Below are positions 36,744 to 41,343 of a stretch of 41,343 nt of DNA, piece after piece. How positions within the stretch are numbered: position 1 is the stretch's first letter; every line of letters begins with the position of its first letter. The translations under genes were made by a program, and so were the position numbers. The stretch is taken from assembly GCA_031263185.1 (NCBI GenBank), contig JAISGH010000103.1, forward strand, positions 1-41,343, given 5' to 3'. Below the pieces are notes generated by a model that ran no database searches, was not told where the DNA came from, and was given only the letters and a program-made list of their open reading frames with translations. Source of the DNA: Prevotellaceae bacterium (GTDB taxonomy: Bacteria; Bacteroidota; Bacteroidia; Bacteroidales; UBA932).

Positions 36744-37568
36744 ATGGAAATTAAAGCATCGGATGTTGCAAAGCTGCGCCAAATGACGGGCAGCGGAATG
36801 ATGGACTGTAAAAATGCCTTGGTGGAAGCCAACGGCGACTTTGACCGCGCACAGGAAATAATCCGCGAAAAAGGAAAGCTGGTTGCCAGCAAGCGCGCCG
36901 ACCGCGAAACGAAGGAGGGCGCCGTAATTGCAAAAATTTCGGCTGACGCAGCAAAAGGTATCTTGGTGTGCCTTGGCTGCGAAACCGATTTCGTGTCAAA
37001 AACCGAAGAATTTCAGGCGCTGGCCAAAAAAGTGGCCGACGCTGCGCTGGCCAACCTGCCTGCCGATACCGAAGCGCTGCTCAACCTCAAGGTAGACGGC
37101 GCTACCATCGCAGAGCTGATTTCTCAGCAAACGGGAAAAACCGGCGAAAAGCACCAGGTGGCCTGCTACGACAAGCTGGAGGGCGCGCTCCTGACCTGCT
37201 ACAACCACATGAACGGAAAAGTTTCGTCGCTGGTAGCTTTCAGCAAGGCGCTGCTGGCAGATGCGGCCAAGTACATCGCCATGCAGACAGCCGCCATGAG
37301 CCCGGTTTCGGTAAGCAAGGACGACTGCCCAAAGGAAGTTCAGGAGAGAGAGCTGCGCATAGGCCGCGAGCAGGCCAAGCTTGACGGCAAGCCCGAAGCC
37401 ATGATTGAAAAAATTGCGCAGGGTAAGCTCAGCCGCTTCTTCAAGGACAGCACGCTGCTGGCGCAAGATTTCATCAACGACAGCAAGATTACCGTAGAAG
37501 CCTACCTCAAAAGCGTTGATAAAGACGTTACGGTAACCTCGTTCAAGCGCTTTTCGCTGAACGACTAA
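36744..37568 (+). CDS. tsf: Translation elongation factor Ts.
   Basis: VAKLRQMTGSGMMDCKNALVEANGDFDRAQEIIREKG (UBA-like N-terminus), directly downstream of rpsB. Confidence 0.97.
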   Translation: MEIKASDVAKLRQMTGSGMMDCKNALVEANGDFDRAQEIIREKGKLVASKRADRETKEGAVIAKISADAAKGILVCLGCETDFVSKTEEFQALAKKVADAALANLPADTEALLNLKVDGATIAELISQQTGKTGEKHQVACYDKLEGALLTCYNHMNGKVSSLVAFSKALLADAAKYIAMQTAAMSPVSVSKDDCPKEVQERELRIGREQAKLDGKPEAMIEKIAQGKLSRFFKDSTLLAQDFINDSKITVEAYLKSVDKDVTVTSFKRFSLND

Positions 37569-37608
37569 GCAGGCAGGATTTGTACTGAAAAAGAGAAATT
37601 TTTCTATT

Positions 37609-37646
37609 TTGCCCCAATGCAGCGAGCGCGTTGGGGCAATTTTTTT
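37609..37646 (+). terminator. Rho-independent terminator of rpsB-tsf.
   Basis: ttgccccaa (37609-37617) pairs with ttggggcaa (37631-37639) and is followed by T7. Confidence 0.75.
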
Positions 37647-37866
37647 ATTAAACTCCAAAATGACGGAACAAGCGCCACGCGCTCTCCAACCCTGTACCAT
37701 GCTCCCAATGCACAAAGCTATGCCGCGGACAGTTCACAGATGAGTTGATATTAGTTGATAGTTCTATATCCATAGTATAGAGTTCACAAATAAATCCAAC
37801 CGATATACTACATATTCAAAAATAAGCATTATTTTTGCAGCTAATTTTAGAGGCGTATTATATAAG

Positions 37867-38185
37867 ATGAATGTAGAGAGCACAAATAAAATCAACCGGC
37901 TTTTGCAGGGCTATTACCCTGGCAAGCTGTATTTTTCCGGTAGCCTGAAGCAAAACGGCTATTCCGATCAGCTACTGAAATAGTACAGAAATTCGGGATG
38001 GCTGTCCGCTTTGTCTAAAGGGGGTTATGTATCGCACCGGCGATAGGTTACTCTCCTACCCCACTCTTGCCTGCTACAACCAACAAATGGGGAAAAAATT
38101 TCATGTAGCGGCTCATTCGGCATTGGAGGAGAAGCATAAAAAGGGTATAGAAAAACTATCTTCTTATCTTTTACCCGCTGGATGA
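37867..38185 (+). pseudogene. Decayed AbiEi-family (type IV toxin-antitoxin antitoxin, N-terminal domain) gene.
   Basis: MNVESTNKINRLLQGYYPGKLYFSGSLKQNGYSDQLLK, then TAG at 37981, then YRNSGWLSALSKG. A +1 frameshift follows in a G5 run (38020-38024), then VMYRTGDRLLSYPTLACYNQQMGKKFHVAAHSALEEKH... The gene is truncated relative to my recollection of ~280-aa AbiEi proteins. A TATTTTTG box lies upstream (about 37841). Confidence 0.6.
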
Positions 38186-38256
38186 ATTAGAAAGAGTAAA
38201 AACAGTGGAAAAATTTTAGCCGTGTCCAATGGCATAATAAGTACAATTTGCATACT

Positions 38257-39555
38257 ATGACAAAATACTTTGCTTTCCCCATGCTGCTCGCTACGCTCGC
38301 CGCAGCGCTGCCGAGCTTCGCCGCAAGCCCGCTGCGCAAGGGCGCCGACGCCTGCTTCGACAGGAACATTAAAACCATCCAGCTGCGCAAGCTCAACAGC
38401 GAAATGACCGACCCCGTCGTTACGCTTGGCTCAGGTGACCAGCTGCTGCTCTCGTTCGATGACCTGTCGGAGGACATCCGCTACTTCTCCTACAGGGTTG
38501 CGCTGTGCGACGCCGACTGGAGCGAGAGCAACCTCTTTTTTTCCGACTACATCGAAGGCTTCCCCAGCGACAACATCAGCAACCGCGAGCAGTCGTTCAA
38601 CACGCTGGTGGGCTACGCGCACTACACGCTCGAAGTACCCAACCCGCAAATGCTGCTAAAGCTGTCGGGCAACTACCTGCTCAAGGTATATGACAGCGAT
38701 AACCCCGACGAGGCGCTGTTTCAAAAAAGCTTTTCGGTGGTAGAGCGCTCTGCGGTGGGCGTTCAGGTCGGCGTGCGAAAGCTGCCGCTGGCCGGAAACG
38801 ATGCCTGCTCCCAGCAGCTCGCAATCACGGTGGAGCATCCCTCGTTTCCCATCAGCCAGCCCTACACCGAAGTCAAGGTGCGGGTGGAGCAAAACGGCTA
38901 CCGCTTTCCGGACGTAGCCACGCCAACGCCGACTTTTGTCCGCAGCGGCTACATAGATTACTCCCACCCCAGCAAAAACCTGTACCCCGGCGGCAGCGAG
39001 TACCGCCACTTCGACGTATCAAGCCTTGAGTATAAAATGTTGAGGGTGAGGGAAATATTAAACATCAACGGTGCCTACCGCGTACAGGTAGAGCAGGATG
39101 AGGTTTTCAGGCAATACCTTTACAATCAGGATATTAACGGGAGGTACGTGGTGCGCAACGAGCGCTACCGCAGCGAAAGCGACACGCAGAGCGACTACCC
39201 CAGCGTGTTCCTGTCGCTGCACATGGAGCAGCCGCTTAAAGGAAAGATTTATGTTTTTGGCGAAATTTCGGGCTGGGAGCTTAGCAACGATTTCGTTATG
39301 CTGTACGATAGCCGCCGCCGCGCCTACGAGCTGTCTATACCCGCAAAGCAGGGCTACTACAACTATAAGTACGTGTACATAGACGAAAACGACACGCTCG
39401 ACATGGGAAAAATTGACGCATGTTCAAGCGAAACGGAAAATATTTACGGCGTATACGTGTACTACCGCGCCGCCACCGACCGCCACGACAGGCTGCTCAA
39501 CGTAACGTGGGTCAGCGCGCAGGAAACGCTGGGGAAAAGCAAAAGCGGCTTGTGA
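38257..39555 (+). CDS. DUF5103-like protein (the family annotated as type IX secretion plug-domain protein).
   Basis: Signal peptide MTKYFAFPMLLATLAAALPSFA. IKTIQLRKLNSEMTDPVVTLGSGDQLLLSFDDLSEDIRYFSYRVALCDADW matches my recollection of Bacteroidetes DUF5103 proteins of ~430 aa. Confidence 0.65.
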   Translation: MTKYFAFPMLLATLAAALPSFAASPLRKGADACFDRNIKTIQLRKLNSEMTDPVVTLGSGDQLLLSFDDLSEDIRYFSYRVALCDADWSESNLFFSDYIEGFPSDNISNREQSFNTLVGYAHYTLEVPNPQMLLKLSGNYLLKVYDSDNPDEALFQKSFSVVERSAVGVQVGVRKLPLAGNDACSQQLAITVEHPSFPISQPYTEVKVRVEQNGYRFPDVATPTPTFVRSGYIDYSHPSKNLYPGGSEYRHFDVSSLEYKMLRVREILNINGAYRVQVEQDEVFRQYLYNQDINGRYVVRNERYRSESDTQSDYPSVFLSLHMEQPLKGKIYVFGEISGWELSNDFVMLYDSRRRAYELSIPAKQGYYNYKYVYIDENDTLDMGKIDACSSETENIYGVYVYYRAATDRHDRLLNVTWVSAQETLGKSKSGL

Positions 39556-39568
39556 GGCTCGTGCGCTT

Positions 39569-39889
39569 TCAGTACCGGTTTTTTGGCGTGTGCCAGAAGC
39601 AGTACTTATAGCCGTTTTTTTTGCGTCCTTTTCGTTCGCAGCGCTCGCCGTCCTTGTTGATGTACAGGCAGCGATGGCGGATTTTATTCAAATCTTTGTA
39701 GTTAACGTCGTTTTTGCCAACTTCTCCGGGGCCAACTATCATCTCCGAAGGCGATTTGCTCTCCTGACGCTTTACGTTCTGCTTGGAATACTTCTTAGCT
39801 TGCCGCATGTGGCGCGCTTGAGCGCTGCAACCTGCCAGCATCAGCAGCATACAACATGCCGACAGTAAATGTATAAAATACCTACGCAT
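39569..39889 (-). CDS. Small hypothetical lipoprotein with a basic Cys/His-containing tail.
   Basis: MRRYFIHLLSACCMLLMLAGCS lipobox. The tail is RHRCLYINKDGERCERKGRKKNGYKYCFWH. No family was recognised. Confidence 0.45.
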   Translation of the reverse strand: MRRYFIHLLSACCMLLMLAGCSAQARHMRQAKKYSKQNVKRQESKSPSEMIVGPGEVGKNDVNYKDLNKIRHRCLYINKDGERCERKGRKKNGYKYCFWHTPKNRY

Positions 39890-39936
39890 AGTGAAAAAAA
39901 TGCAACAAAATGGTTTATGCACCGTATAAAGCGCAG

Positions 39937-41037
39937 CTACGCCTTATCCAGCCGGTGCAGCGCAAAGCTGTACGCGCCTATTGACATGGCGCGCAAGTCG
40001 CCCAGCTTGGAAACGCCAATCCCCACTCTTTTTACAGGGTCGTAGTCGGCGCTAATGTCGGTTCCGGCTATGGTTACTTTTTTGGGCGTTCCCTTGAGGA
40101 AGCTGCTCATCTCCTGCTCATCCTCTACGTTGTACGCGGTGAGCACAATTCTCTGCACGCGGCTGCCGTCGGCGCGGCCAATGGTGCCGTTAATAGCGGC
40201 TATGGCGTGCGGCATAAACAGGTCGTGCGCGTTGGCAACGCCTCCGCCAATCACCACCAGGCCGTCCACCACCGCAAGAATATTTGCCAGCGCGTTGCCC
40301 AGCGAGCTGCCCAGCACCTCAAAGGTTCGCAGCGCGGCAGCGCGGTTTCCGGCCTTACTTCCCTTGGCAATATCGTATACCTCCTGCGCCGATACGCTGT
40401 GGCTGTCGTCGCCGATTTCCTGCCTGTACACGCGGATTACGGCGTTGCTGTTCACCGTATCTTCTGCTATGCAGTCGGGTGCGCTCTGGGCGTGCATACA
40501 CCAGACTTCGGTAGCGGCGGCGTTGTCGCCAACGTTCAGCTTGTCGCCCTGCACCACTCCGCAGCCCAAGCCTGTCCCCAGGGTAATGCCTATCAGATTT
40601 TTGTACCGGCGTACGCTCCCTGCCTCCTCCAGCTTGCGGTTGACGTAAGGCAAAAAGCCGGCTAACGCCTCGCCGTAGGCAAACAAGTCGCCGTCGTTAT
40701 TGATAAAGGTTGGCAGCCCAAACTTGTGCTCCAGGTATGCCTTGAGCGGAACGCCGTCCGTAAAGGCCGGAAAATTGGGCAAATTGCCGATAATGCCCTG
40801 CGGGTAATCCGCAGGGCCGGGAAAGGCAAAGCTGATGGCCACAGGCGGCTCGCTCAGGCGGCTGCTCACCTGCGTAAAGCCGTCCACCAGCGTGGCAAGG
40901 CAATGCTCAAGGTTGCCGGGGTTGGGAATCAGCCTCACCGGCTTTACAACTTCGCTGTTGCTGCGCATGGCAGAAAAGCTGAAACTTTGTCCTCCTGCAT
41001 CAAGCGTAAGAACTGTGCGGGTATCCTTGCTGTACAT
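39937..41037 (-). CDS. ROK-family sugar kinase.
   Basis: N-terminal LTLDAGGQSFSFSA (ATP-binding DxGG). The GITLGTGLGCGVV motif. Total length is 366 aa. Confidence 0.85.
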   Translation of the reverse strand: MYSKDTRTVLTLDAGGQSFSFSAMRSNSEVVKPVRLIPNPGNLEHCLATLVDGFTQVSSRLSEPPVAISFAFPGPADYPQGIIGNLPNFPAFTDGVPLKAYLEHKFGLPTFINNDGDLFAYGEALAGFLPYVNRKLEEAGSVRRYKNLIGITLGTGLGCGVVQGDKLNVGDNAAATEVWCMHAQSAPDCIAEDTVNSNAVIRVYRQEIGDDSHSVSAQEVYDIAKGSKAGNRAAALRTFEVLGSSLGNALANILAVVDGLVVIGGGVANAHDLFMPHAIAAINGTIGRADGSRVQRIVLTAYNVEDEQEMSSFLKGTPKKVTIAGTDISADYDPVKRVGIGVSKLGDLRAMSIGAYSFALHRLDKA

Positions 41038-41343
41038 ACGTGAATGATTTTAGATTATGGATTTTACAGGTTTATTCAAAACTTAATCTTTAACTTTGCA
41101 GGAATTTTGTTGACCGCAAGCAAGCAAATGCGTCATTTTGTTGATAGCAATCAACTTCATGGAAAAAAAGGCAAATGTAAGCATTATTTTCGGAATAACA
41201 AAATTCAAAATTGCCCATGGGTGCATTTCAAATTGTCGTATCACGCCGCAGGCGTAGTGTCGTGTCGTTCATCAAATGTCGGATAAATTTGGGTGTTAAA
41301 CCTGAAAGGTTGAATATGAATAACCCCCAATCCTCCCCCCAAT

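Noticed and set aside
39569-39889. The Cys/His pattern in the small lipoprotein tail as a zinc-ribbon DNA-binding domain.
   Set aside because: There are only three Cys and one His with irregular spacing, in a protein predicted to be exported. That is insufficient to call it.
41044-41286. 80-aa ORF at the right edge.
   Set aside because: It is an AT-rich intergenic-looking sequence with a TAACTTTG promoter-like box inside it. No family resemblance was seen.

Overview
This 41.3-kb window reads as a GC-rich Bacteroidales-type chromosome. Supporting signs are TAnnTTTG promoter boxes, a TonB-dependent receptor, a DUF5103/T9SS-type protein and pectin/hexuronate genes. Most of it is core or housekeeping: polA, a LacI regulator with uxaB-uxaA, fabI, GH95/GH105/GH51 glycosidases, tRNA-Pro, rplM-rpsI, rpsB-tsf and a ROK kinase.

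The most interesting part is the left 7.8 kb, which is visibly AT-rich by eye. It carries a minus-strand operon made of an XRE-HTH remnant, a 1108-aa PLD-nuclease/SNF2-helicase fusion and a 1123-aa Eco57I/TaqI_C-type N6-adenine methyltransferase. A spare, promoterless, inverted copy of the methyltransferase C-terminal specificity region follows it. The two copies are bracketed by a ~336-bp inverted repeat whose first 100 bp are perfect, and the repeat runs into the window edge. I read this as an unclassified ATP-dependent restriction-modification-like defence pair with a DNA-inversion specificity switch. No recombinase is visible in the window.

Other notable loci:
- A tight six-gene cluster at 10.6-17.2 kb that looks like a periplasmic electron-transfer and uptake module. 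It contains a Sec-exported flavodoxin-like protein, a NapH-NapG-like fused polyferredoxin, a Tat-exported aldo/keto reductase with Fe-S motifs, DUF1893, a small membrane protein and a TonB receptor.
- An Rpn (PD-(D/E)XK, YhgA-like) gene followed by tandem duplications of its own 3' third, including a free-standing C-terminal ORF.
- A perfect (AC)38 microsatellite.
- A 38-codon Asp/Asn triplet-repeat tract inside an OmpA-family lipoprotein.
- Several GC-rich nested palindromic (REP/MITE-like) elements.
- A decayed AbiEi antitoxin gene.

All assignments rest on motif recognition by eye. No database search was run.
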